Both the position numbers and the translations under genes were made by a program. The notes under the pieces are model-generated. The model saw only the letters and a program-made list of their open reading frames with translations. It did not search any database and was not told the origin of the DNA. A DNA stretch of 62,665 nucleotides, filler included, from Basidiobolus ranarum (lineage: Eukaryota), in NCBI GenBank assembly GCA_040143965.1. It is 17 parts of 17 records of this genome, joined end to end, with 100 filler letters (N's around TTAATTAATTAA, not from the genome) between each part and the next. Parts side by side here need not be neighbours in the genome. Positions count along the whole stretch, not along the records: positions 51,732 to 55,311 come from JASJQH010009278.1; positions 55,412 to 58,990 come from JASJQH010009279.1; positions 59,091 to 62,665 come from JASJQH010009280.1; 14 more parts are not named here. One strand, written 5' to 3'. This document shows positions 52,085 to 62,665 of the stretch, piece by piece; the stretch's first letter is position 1; the number at the start of each line of letters is the position of its first letter.

Positions 52085-52599
52085 ATACTGTAATTCCTTG
52101 CGGAGGATGGACTTTTTTCGATTAGTCTCTATCCTTCTGTATATATATTTTGATATTTACCAACTCGTTTGGCTTGTTTTTATCCTGTCTAAATTAGCAT
52201 TTACATTTTATTTCGGTGTACACTCATATTCATAGTAGAGTACCAGGTGTACAGGAAATACTTTCTTCAGATAGAAAACTTGTTCATATCCTACATCGTA
52301 AATTAATGTCCCTTCGTTGATATACTTCCTAACCTTCTTTCACTGCTTTTTGAAATATGGTTTGGAACCTATTTGAAAGGTGTCTAAAGAAAACTGATCA
52401 TATTTTGATATATTGATTGCTTAAATAAAACTTATATTGAACGTTAATTTTTATCGGAATAAGTATATATTTGTGAGTGAAAATACAATAGACCCAGTAT
52501 TTAAGTAGTCATGGTGCATGAAACCATCACGGTCATGATTAGATTATTTAATTTCAGAAAGTTCACAAACACTGTAACTTGTAATATACCAACTCATTT

Positions 52600-53160
52600 A
52601 TGGAGGCAACAACTACTGGAGAAAATATCAAGGAACAGCCTAACGCTTTCTCCTCAGGCTTAACGTTAGATAAATTTCCAATAGAAGAGCTAGAAAGAGA
52701 AGCAGTTCAACTATCACATAACCTAGATGAAGTATTATTTGATTTGGAAAGACAAATGCGAGATGTAAGTATAGTGAATTGATATTAGTAAAAGTAGATT
52801 TGTCTTTGAAAAGAGTCCTTTCAAATATCGTTAAAGTGACTTATCATACGTAAGTACTTACAAATTATTGGATGTTTAGTGCGCTGGCTTCACCCTCAAG
52901 TCCATAGAAGCTTATAAATTGGGAATCGATAGTATTGGTAATACTATAGAAGAGAGTATATCTAGTACCGTCGAATTAATACGTAAATGCGACGAGTTGG
53001 ATAAAGATTTCTCTTCCATCCATAATCTTTCTGCTCAGATGTAAGTACAAATCCATTCTATATCAAGTTTTACTACGTAACTGATACTTCTATCCTTTTA
53101 TACTGGTTTAGAAAAAACATTAACCAAACTTTGGATATTCTTGACAATTTAAGTAAATGA
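52600..53160 (+). CDS. BORCS6: BLOC-1-related complex subunit 6 (BORCS6/lyspersin)-like
   Basis: Exons 52600-52764, 52880-53040, 53112-53160 (GTAAGT..TAG introns). LEREAVQLSHNLDEVL...IEAYKLGIDSIGNTIEESI...LIRKCDELDKDF..IHNLSAQIKNINQTLDILD matches the BORCS6 C-terminal helices. Confidence 0.8.
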
Positions 53161-53589
53161 GAATATATGGTTATTTTGGTTCAGGAATTGTGGAAACGAA
53201 TATCTCCTCTTTCCCTTTCAACCTCCGTGTTATAGTATTTAATAGTAAAGAAATAAAGTATATGGTGACAATGATTCTCACTCGGTTTAGAGTATTGACT
53301 CTTTTCCATCATCTAAATATATTGTGGTGCTATTTAATTACGTATAAAGCTTTTGATTCTCCTTATTTCTATATTGATATTGAATGTTATGTCGTTCACG
53401 GTGTTAGTTATAATTTTTTATGGTTATATTAATTTGTAGTACCATAGATCCTACCAAGTTCCAGAACCACATTTCCTTTGGATATTAGCTAGTATTTAAG
53501 GAAATTAGTTTCATATTTCAACACTCTCATTCAACTAATTACTCTTAATGCTGATTTCTTAATTATTCTTTTTTTTCATTTACTAATGT

Positions 53590-54544
53590 TTTTACACTGA
53601 AATTAACATAGCATAAGCATCTATATAGTCATATATAGCTTTATATTTAGTTATTCGATATTTCATGAAGATATCTCCCACTATTCCCAATTAAAATTTA
53701 CCTGGAATATGAACAGTGGTGAATTCCAAGAACTCACATATATGTCATATACTTGATGATATTGGTAAAGTATTTTGGGAGCCTATTGGATGTAGGTTGG
53801 AGAGTTTGAGAAATTAGTGGGTTTCACTTGCTGATTACTTGAGTAGAAAGTTGATATTTGTACATTTTCTCAAGATCAAGACAAAATAGCATACAGAATG
53901 TGTTAAGGAGGGTCCCTGTAGCATGTGTGCAGCAAAGCTTGGGGCCTCTAGCACCAGTTTGAAAAATCTATATATCTGAGAACTTTTAAGTGAGTAAGAG
54001 ATATTCTAAGTAAATTCCAATTGAAAGTAATTTCGAAGTTAGCAAGGTCTAGAAACCTATATAGTAATATATAGCTTAATGCTTAGTTATCTTATGTTTC
54101 ACTATGATATTACCCACTAATCATTTACTTTTAATATTTTTACCAAATTAGAAGTTCTCCAATATATAGATTTTTCAAACATGAGCTAAAAGTTTTGAAA
54201 TTGGCATTACCTAAAAGCACCTATATAGTGACTCATATAGCTTAGTACTTAGCTATCTTATAATTCACCAAGATATTATCGATTATTCTCAATTGGATTT
54301 TACTTAGAAAACTTTTACCAATGAGGAAGTTCTCAGAACTATAGATTTTTCAAACTTGTGCTAGAAGCCCCAAACTTTGCACACATGTTCCTAAGACCTT
54401 CCTTAACACATTCTACATGTTGGTTTGATTACATCTTGACTAAACTATAAATGTCAACTTTCTACTTGATATATCAATAAGTGAAAACCACCAATTCCTC
54501 TAAATCTCCAAACCACATCAAACAGGCTCCCAAATACTTTAACA
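53590..54544. repeat. Cluster of four LTR family B copies (+,-,+,+)
   Basis: Approximately 53595-53740 (+), 53760-54030 (-), 54040-54190 (+), and 54193-54544 (+, near full length, ends TTTAACA). Confidence 0.8.
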
Positions 54545-55180
54545 CAACCAAAGTTGCATTTCTACCTAAATCATTCTGGTCATATAGTTGTGGTTACTTC
54601 ATGGTTTCTTGACTTTCAGCAATGTTACCAAAACTTTGAGGTAAAGCACAGCCAGTGGACTCAGCGTGCAAAACTAAAGTCAATTTGGTGTCATTATTAC
54701 TGTTGATATTTACCAGGCTTTGGGCAGCTGGTGGCTTTGTACAGTGATCATGCATGTGATTATTTTTACTATGAAGCCTCCAGCTTATATTGCTCAAGAG
54801 TTTGTGACTATAGTAGCAGATCTTCTTTAAACATTTGTGTAGCAGCATGTGAAGGATATTGTAGAAATAAGAACACCTTCTATGCAAGGGTGGTGTTTTA
54901 GGTATATACCATGAACATCATCAGCTGATTCTGGGACAGTTTCATAGACAAGTCCTCAGAGGATTTATAAAGTATTTCTGAAACTGGATGGCAATTTTGG
55001 TTTATTATAAGCTGTTTCTAAGGAATTTTATGACACCAAGTTTACTGTCTGCATATTTTACTGCGATTCAAAATATAAGTCAAAATTGGCCTCCATTCAA
55101 AAGCCTGCTTGCACAAAAGTAAAAAAACCAGTAAAAACACAGGACTTGATGGATGAGTAGTCTAGCATTCCACTATTTAT
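54545..55180 (+). mobile_element. CACTA-like family A fragment
   Basis: Colinear with 265-900. Confidence 0.65.
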
Positions 55181-57094
55181 GTCACAATAAGGAACTGGAC
55201 AAGGACTGGGAACAACAACAAGAGGCTAGAAGGCAGGAGAGTACTTGGGTGTAGACCACAAGACAAGACAAGACAAGACTGGACAAGGAAGATACTTTGG
55301 CAAGAATCTTTNNNNNNNNNNNNNNNNNNNNNNNNNNNNNNNNNNNNNNNNNNNNTTAATTAATTAANNNNNNNNNNNNNNNNNNNNNNNNNNNNNNNNN
55401 NNNNNNNNNNNAATCACCCACGACCATATTCTTGGTTTGCTATGTGGGAAAGAGAAAATATATTGGGTTTATCTTAATTCAATATATATATCAGTTTATC
55501 TTAATTCAATATATATATCAGTAATACCAATTGAGCGAGGATTAGGATTTCTTGGAACCAGTGGTAGTAAAAGAAAAATGGAATTCTAGTGTTTATCGGA
55601 TTCACTTCGAATACCTGGATCGTCCCTATATGTTGAAATTAAAAAGTTAATCTTGTCAACTAGAGGTTACTAAAAGAAGTCTCTACACATGCACGACCTC
55701 TAATCATTCTCATAAACATTCTCAAATACTCATTAACTGATGTCAGCGTTGAGGGGAGTGGAAAGTATAGGTGTGACTAAAGGGCCAATATATTGTATTA
55801 TTTAAGTACTCGCTTAGGTGTACAATGATGTATTAGAAATAAGCAGGATTTTGATAGAGAAAAGCAAAGTGGCAGAATCCGTTGATCCGGTAGAGTGACA
55901 TACACCAACACATAGAAATAGGAATCTAGATTTCCTTCAAGAGTCTGGTCCGATTCCAATACGCAAGTATCATGGGTGACTCATTAATGATTTTTTAGGA
56001 TCTTGGGCTTTCCTGAAGTCGGGGAGTGAGGGTTTGAGGAATTTCATTTGTTTTTGTCCCCAAAAAGAGTAACAAAATAAGACTTAAACTTGAACAAGTT
56101 TTTGCGGATAAACCTATTATCGCTACATCCAAATCTTAAGACATTATATCTGAAGTATACTAACTGTGGATCGGATAGATATACGACTATTGCTAATTCA
56201 ACCGGAATTTTAGTCCACTCCTCACGCTTGCTGTGTTGGCTGCATTCAACATTACCATTGGAATTGAAAATTGTTTCAAGTACCCGACTTACTGTCACTC
56301 GATATTTAGCAATGTCTTCCTAGAAGAGTCCCTGCTTCATTCTCCACAATACTTCAACCGTCAGCTTGAACCGAATCTACCCGGTATTACAATGTAAAAT
56401 AGTGGATCTCAGGAATTAATATCTTTTTATCTGGTACAGTGCGAGTACCTGTATCGGATACGAATGCGTGTTGCTTGGGACTCAATTTACAGAATGTAAG
56501 GTAGGTAATCCTCCATATTGGTTGCAGGCGCTTAAGCTTGAATAGAATTATACTAAAATTGAGTATCACTTTCGGGCGCCATGATATAACACTGAGTCAG
56601 GTTTCCTACGTCTTTTCATTTTTATTATTCAGTTCACGGGGAAAGATATTGTCTAGTTATTATCATTCTCAATTTTACACAATCAACACAGTGACAGTCA
56701 CATCCGTAATGTTGGTTCAATAGTAGCGATCATTTTCCAAAAATATTCTTTGCGTCTATTACGATGAAACTACTATATTGCTATTGTGTATTTCTTAAAC
56801 ATGCAAAAAGATATACCTGATTGATTTTCGATACCTGGATAAATAATGCCTGAATCTTCCTTATATGTTGAAATTAAAAACTTGACCATGTCGGTTTCTA
56901 AAGGAAATTTCAAGACTCATGTGGAGGAATTTAATGGCTGTTACATGCTTATTCTTGTTAGTTCAACCTTACAGATGTCTATCAATTGGTATCTACTTTA
57001 AAGGATGGGAAAATCTAAAGTAACATGCGTAAAAGTGGTATATAAGACTCTATGTTAAGTTCAATGACAACCAGGCTCTATCTATCAATTAACC

Positions 57095-58354
57095 ATGGTC
57101 AACATTCGTACTTTCTCACTTGGCACTTTACTGGTGGTTGCATTGGCCATTACTTATACTGACGCACAGGAAGTGGATGTTTCTAATCGTTATATCATTA
57201 AAATCAAAGATAGCGCTGATACTAACAAAGGTATTGTGGATTTATCAAGAAAATTTCTCATCTTATAATCCTTTCATCTCTAATATATATTGGCTTCTTT
57301 AGTTGATCTGTTCCTTAAAGCAAAGTTGGATCAATATAACCGTGGTCGTAGTGGAAATAACACCCTCAAGAATGAATTAAAGGGAAAATTCACATTGGAG
57401 AATTTTAAGGCCTACTCTGGTGTCTTTAGTGAATCTCTAGTCAAAGAATTGAATAGAAATAGTGATGTCGAGTACGTTGAAGCTGAGCAAGTTTTCACTA
57501 TTTCTGGGGTTCAGAACAACTCTCCCAGTTGGGGTCTACCTAGGGTTTCCCAACGTAAGAGAGATTCTTCTGCTCCTTACAATTATCCAGATAGTGCTGG
57601 CTCAGGAGTAGATGCCTATATCATTGATACCGGTATTAACGTTAAACATGTCGATTTTGGTGGAAGAGCTACTTTTCCTAGAAGTTTCATTGATGGTGAA
57701 GCAGTGGAGGATCTCAATGGTCATGGTACCCATGTTGCTGGAACTGTTGGTGGGAATACTTATGGCGTAGCCAAAAAAGTGAACCTGATAGGAGTAAAGG
57801 TATTGAACAGAAATGGTAGTGGAAGCACCTCAGCCATTGTCGCCGGGATTAATTGGGTAGCACAGCAAGCCAAAGCTACGGGTCGTAAAAGTGTGGCCAA
57901 CATGTCTTTAGGAGGTGGTGATAGTGAGGCGATGAAAAGTGCTGTCAACGCTGCTGTAAAAGCTGGAGTAAGCTTTTTCGTTGCTGCTATGAATGACAAT
58001 AAAGACGCTTGTAACGTATCACCCGCTAATGCATCAGGAGCATTTACCGTAGCTGCTACGACAATTTCCGATACTGCCGCCAGCTTTACTAACTATGGTC
58101 GATGCGTTAACATAGCTGGACCTGGCTTAGATATCACTTCTGCTTGGATAGGTGGTAATAATGCTTACAAAAGTATCTCGGGTACTAGTATGGCCACTCC
58201 TCACGTAGCTGGAGTCGCAGCACTATACTTAGCTCAAGAGGATTTGGGTTCACCTCAAGCCGTATATGATACTCTGGTAGCGAGATCTACCAAAAATGCC
58301 ATCACTGGATTAAAGGGTAACACACCAAATTATTTGGTCTTCAACTCGAAATAA
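57095..58354 (+). CDS. Secreted subtilisin-like serine protease (S8A, proteinase K type) with I9 propeptide
   Basis: Exons 57095-57230 (signal peptide MVNIRTFSLGTLLVVALAITYTDA) and 57303-58354. Catalytic DTG, HGTHVAG, GTSMATPHVAG. TATATAA at 57039. Confidence 0.96.
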
Positions 58355-58578
58355 ATGTGCCGAGTTGGATTATTGGTTGCAAGACCAGGAAATGAATCAA
58401 GTTTCAAATGAATAAATAATCAAGTTGATAATATGTAGAATGTTGCAATAATAGATAAAATGGGAACTGAAGATTGAAAGTGAATGCGAAAGTGATTTAT
58501 TCACGTAGCAATTCAGAACGAAGTTAATCCCTGTCTATATTTGCATTCCTCTATTAAGGAACTATCTATTGTGGAATG

Positions 58579-58989
58579 TCACTTTAGTGGAATTGATAAA
58601 AAATCCGAATCATTTAGGAATCCAATTTGCTTCCAATATGTGAGATAGCGCGAGATGAGCGACTCGTCAATGATCGGGCAATCATTGGCCAGGGTAGGGG
58701 ATCTTTCGCAGGTTATTCTTGTGTCCAGTCTGATATCAAATGAGTTCGAAGATGTGCTGGCCATTTTCTCTAAATATGGCAGAAGCGTGAAAATGGGATC
58801 TTCAGTTCGGAGATCTTCATCTGCTTGAGCAAGTTGCTGAAAGTTTGTCCACCATTCTTGTAATGGCAACATTTGGATTTTACGGCCGGTGATATGGCTA
58901 ACATATTTGATGAATTCAGTCCATGGCTCAGTGGGATGAGGGTTTACTTGATGGTAAACATTGACACCCTCTTGTCTTGCTTTAGGATA
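58579..58989 (-). CDS. C-terminus of NRPS-like / thioester-reductase (NAD_binding_4-associated) protein (partial)
   Basis: VYHQVNPHP..PW...LPLQEWW...DPIFTLLPYL...LDTRIT..RSPTL...CPIIDESLISRYLTYWKQIGFL. Confidence 0.75.
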   Translation of the reverse strand, partial: YPKARQEGVNVYHQVNPHPTEPWTEFIKYVSHITGRKIQMLPLQEWWTNFQQLAQADEDLRTEDPIFTLLPYLEKMASTSSNSFDIRLDTRITCERSPTLANDCPIIDESLISRYLTYWKQIGFLNDSDFLSIPLK

Positions 58990-59090
58990 TNNNNNNNNNN
59001 NNNNNNNNNNNNNNNNNNNNNNNNNNNNNNNNNNTTAATTAATTAANNNNNNNNNNNNNNNNNNNNNNNNNNNNNNNNNNNNNNNNNNNN

Positions 59091-60057
59091 TCATAGTAAA
59101 CTATAAATAGGACATATTCAATTCAATAAAACTTAAGTGTCTAATTCACAAATCCAAATCTTGTCCAAAACACTTCCAAATCCCCTAAACACTTTTATCA
59201 CACTTTTCTCTATGCTAATGCAGCTAAAACTTGGACTAGTAAGAGGTAAATAGCAATTCTTTATTAGTACTTTGTTTATTTATATTCTGATTCTTTAGTA
59301 ATCAAGTCAGTCATTCAAAAGTGGGTATTTATTGCCCTACTTGATAGAAACATCAATCAGATCACTTTTACACTCAATAAAACTTAAGTGTCTAATTCAC
59401 ATATCCAAGTCTTGTACAAAAAACATCCAAGTCCCCTAAACACTTTTATCAATTGTGTGCTATAAGACCTGACCAAGTGTAGTTGACAGATTGTGCCAGA
59501 TAGCATTTTAGGAGGCAAGATCCAGAGGCACAACCTACTCTAGTCAAGCAACAAGTTCATGATTTAATGAGTTGCTGACTGATGACCAGTTGCTGCAGAA
59601 TGATTCATTAATATCAATGTTGCTATATAAGTTATGTAAAGTCTTGAAAGACAGCTCAAAAACATATCCTGCTGCCAACTACATGTACCCAAGATGAGAA
59701 ACCTTTATTACAAGTGTTAAGGGGATTTGGAAGTGTTTTAGACAAGATTTGGACTTGTGAATTAGACACTTAAGTTTTATTGAATTGAATAAGTCTTATT
59801 TATAGTTTACTATGCAATAGAACTATTGAGCAGGGCTAGATCATATCCAATATGCCTGTTATGCATGGGTGATATTTTGAGATGGTTTGGAGAAGTTTTG
59901 AGCAAATAGTGAAAATTGGTAAAAGTGATCAAATTGATATTTCTATCAATTAGAGCAATAAACACAAATATTTAAATAGCACAATTGAGTGCTAAATATT
60001 CAGAATATGAACAAACTCACTACTAAATAAACAGTTGCTCTTTACCTAATTTCAACA
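59091..60057. repeat. LTR family C copies (59091-59200 +, ~59230-59451 +, 59706-60057 -)
   Basis: ...cccctaaacacttttatca ends, plus one near-complete reverse copy ending TTTCAACA. Confidence 0.8.
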
Positions 60058-60918
60058 TCTTTAACATAAAGATGAAGCCATGAAAATTATTTTATTTCCG
60101 GTCAATTTAGTCATTAATTTAGTGGACAAACTTGAAGCCACTGGAGTACCTGCTACCAATTGTGACAGCATTGTTAAAGTCCTGAATAGCCTCCCACACA
60201 TGTCTTAGAGCCTGGTAATGGATGCAGAATCAAGAGCTCAAAGTTTGACTATGCATCAGCTATTTGGCCAACTCCTGCATGAATATTTCTGCAAATTGTG
60301 TTCTAACCTAAAGAATTAAGAAAGTGCTTAGAAAAAGAATAAAAACATAATGAATGTGGAGATGTGCTAAAAGATCAGACTACTTTTCCATATCTAGCCC
60401 ATCTAAAGCTAACTATAAGGATTTTTGGTTGTGATAAATTGATTCTGGAGATTCCCAACATTTCACAAATGAAAAATATTGATATGTGAAACATGAAGAA
60501 ATACTGAATACAGGGGTGTTCATGGGAAATGAGCATACATTGGGTGTGAATGGAATCCAAACAATTAAAATTCCCCTAACTGGTGCTTGTGAAGAGTAAG
60601 TGTATACTTTGAAGGATGTAGTAATTATTCCAGATATTGCTCAGAAAGATATATATATATGCCAGGGCATCTCAGAAGGACTTTGATTCAATTTGAATAA
60701 GTCTGGATACACCATCACCGATCAACATGGAAATAAATTAGCTTTGGGTGAAAAGGTTCAGAAACTAAGAAAAATTACATATAACCAAAGAGTTATGTTG
60801 CAAATATAAGTGCTTCCTAGCAAGTTACTATTGAGTTATTGCCCACACAATAAAGCTATAATGAAATCAGTTATTTGAGCAAAGCAATCAAAAATTGCCT
60901 AATTTAAGAACTTATATT

Positions 60919-61200
60919 TGTTGAAAGTGTGGTGACTTGTGGTACAAGCAGTAATTCACAAAGAGAAAAATATGGAGTATGGTGACTTCATCTGAACACA
61001 AAGTCTAAGGCCAATCAGTTGCTTGTATAGCTGATATACCAAATTACCATACATTGACAGACTAGGTTAAGGCTCCCTAGCAATATAGGTATAGCATACA
61101 AGGACTGGCAGCTCAGTGGTTAGAGAACCTTGCTATAGTGACGGAGGTCCCAGGTTCAAATCCCGGCCAGACCAATATTTCTCCCCAAATATTTTCAATA
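60919..61200 (+). mobile_element. tRNA-bearing solo LTR (family T), copy 2, with TSD ATATT
   Basis: ATATT|TGTTGAAA...TTTCAATA|ATATT. 282 bp with near-perfect 8-bp inverted termini. Confidence 0.85.
61102..61174 (+). tRNA. tRNA-like sequence (pseudo-tRNA) inside LTR
   Basis: GGACTGGCAGCTCAGTGGTTAGAGAACCTTGCTATAGTGACGGAGGTCCCAGGTTCAAATCCCGGCCAGACCA. 73 nt, acceptor stem 6/7 paired, A and B boxes present, anticodon arm non-canonical. Confidence 0.65.
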
Positions 61201-61699
61201 ATATTAACCCCCCTATCAAAATAGAGAGTAATGACAGTTATATATGTGGAAAACAAGCCAGTAGACCTTTTGGAGCCCTGTTATGGTCAAATAAGTCATA
61301 AATTTGATCCAACCCATGTAGATTGGTGGGGACTGATGAAAATTTATCTCAAGTCAGAAAATGATATTGAATCACATTCATTTTGATTATATAGACGTAG
61401 ATATAGAAATGATTACTATGTCAAAGAGTCCCAAAATTGGGTCCATTGTTTATAGCACAGGTACATGAGTTACAGACTGTAAAAGAGGCCCTGCAGGGCC
61501 CTCACAATCAACCAAGGTGTAAAGTTAAAAGCAAAAAAGTTTTTTATTAGGAGGATATTCCAGATGAGCATTTGAGATAGTCCAGACTAGTGCACAATTG
61601 AACTAGATTACCCCATTTCAAGGAAACTTCTGTCCAGGTATCCTTTTCAAAGACCAATGCATTGCATACACTATGCCTGACTTCATCACTCAAAACCAA

Positions 61700-62665
61700 T
61701 GAGCTTTTTACATGAGACCAAGACAATAAGTGTTTGAAAGATATAGCACCACTTGTACTGAGCTTGAAGAAGCCACACTAGTCAAGCATAACCCACAAGA
61801 TAAATAATATATTCTGTCATTTACCATCATATGGCAGAGGTCAGTACCAGCTGTAAGAGTAAGTGAAGCTCTAACCAAGTTTGAAGAAACCACTAAGGTT
61901 AAACATCAATCTTGACACAGACAACTTATTGTCAAATGTAGTACGATGATACCTTGGCCATGGTCAGATGCAAGATATTAATCTTCAACTTCAGTTGAAG
62001 GGAAATAGCTTTCAAACACATAGTTCAACACAGATCACTTCTTTAGGTATGTACCATCATGTAATCTTTATTTTGGTGTTCAGCTGAATTGTGTGAGTAA
62101 CTGACTTGGCTTAGATGGTCTTGATTAGTAAAGGAAAAAATGAGGATTTAGCTTGATACAGTTTTTTTTTCAATCATGCATTCAACAGGAAATTACTTGA
62201 TTGTAAAGCATGGTTTCTCAACCCAGAACATGATGATAAATAGATCAAACCACTAATTGATTCTTGCAGAGTCTAATTCAATCATGATTTTTTTTATAAA
62301 ACTAGCTCTCAAACTCTCTTACAAACAGGTCATCAAGCAGTTGTTTCTGACACCAATTGGTGATGGTTATTTGTGTTTTAAAAAATATCATCATATCTAC
62401 AAAGAGTTCAAAAAGCTTACAATACATTGGGCACATATCTCTTGATTGTACTATTGAAATAATTGCATAGCCAATACTTCCAGTCATTGCACTTGAATTA
62501 TCTTAGGCTGATGTTAATGTTGACTGGAATTGGGTGAAATTTAGTGAGCTTTAGATTTTCTCAATTTGTGCACCTCTTATAGGATATTTCTCATAAAACT
62601 TGACAGGTTCTTGAAAATCAAATTCCAAAATACCACAGCATCCTCAAGATATCATAGTTATTGGC
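61700..62665 (-). mobile_element. Second, divergent decayed CACTA/EnSpm-type transposase
   Basis: FKCNDWKYWLCNY (62465-62497; FKAxEWxxW-like), LFVREFES*FYKKNHD*IRLCK (FVxEFExxYY..RL..C), FPVECMIE (FPMERxxG). Left boundary approximate. Confidence 0.65.

Larger units (their letters stand above)
60060..61400 (+). mobile_element. copia gag-protease-preintegrase remnant interrupted by the tRNA-bearing LTR
   Basis: LVDKLEATGV...KVLNSLP (gag), TLKDVVIIPDIA (protease), and after the insertion SYICGKQASRPF (pre-integrase). Confidence 0.7.

Noticed and set aside
55467-55522. 27-bp perfect tandem duplication
   Set aside because: Ordinary slippage duplication in AT-rich intergenic DNA.
56044-56569. Short overlapping ORFs upstream of the subtilisin (LRR-like HPNLKTLYL)
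   Set aside because: A single short motif with stops in all frames, which is insufficient support.
3604-59090. Regular ~3.7-kb periodic TTAATTAATTAA motif resembling an array
   Set aside because: Artificial linkers between length-sorted contigs. Cross-linker gene neighbourhoods and ORFs containing X are artefacts.

Overview
This window is not one locus. It is 17 short contigs (3,603 down to 3,575 bp, in descending length) joined by 16 artificial 100-bp linkers (N44-TTAATTAATTAA-N44), so neighbourhood is meaningful only within a contig. The DNA is eukaryotic and fungal, with short GT-AG introns. An early-diverging fungus such as Basidiobolus or a Mortierella relative is my inference, not an identification. 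Host genes include CCT2, a Tag1/DUF3712-like membrane protein, an HDHD3-like HAD hydrolase, a Pcl-type cyclin, a CBM21 PP1-targeting subunit, BORCS6, a proteinase-K-type subtilisin, the end of an NRPS-like reductase and several secreted orphans. There is also an intronless bacterial-type NRPS with a dual E/C domain and a Thr-type A domain. A large part of the window is CpG-depleted transposon debris: two copia LTR families with Ty5/copia-type primer sites and decayed CACTA/EnSpm-like elements. The most notable observations are (1) a 282-bp LTR family carrying a tRNA-like Pol III unit, with two copies, one with a perfect 5-bp TSD; (2) single in-frame TAG codons at expected Leu positions in two otherwise intact genes; (3) a mitochondrial nad2 fragment abutting the CBM21 exon; and (4) the bacterial-type NRPS.
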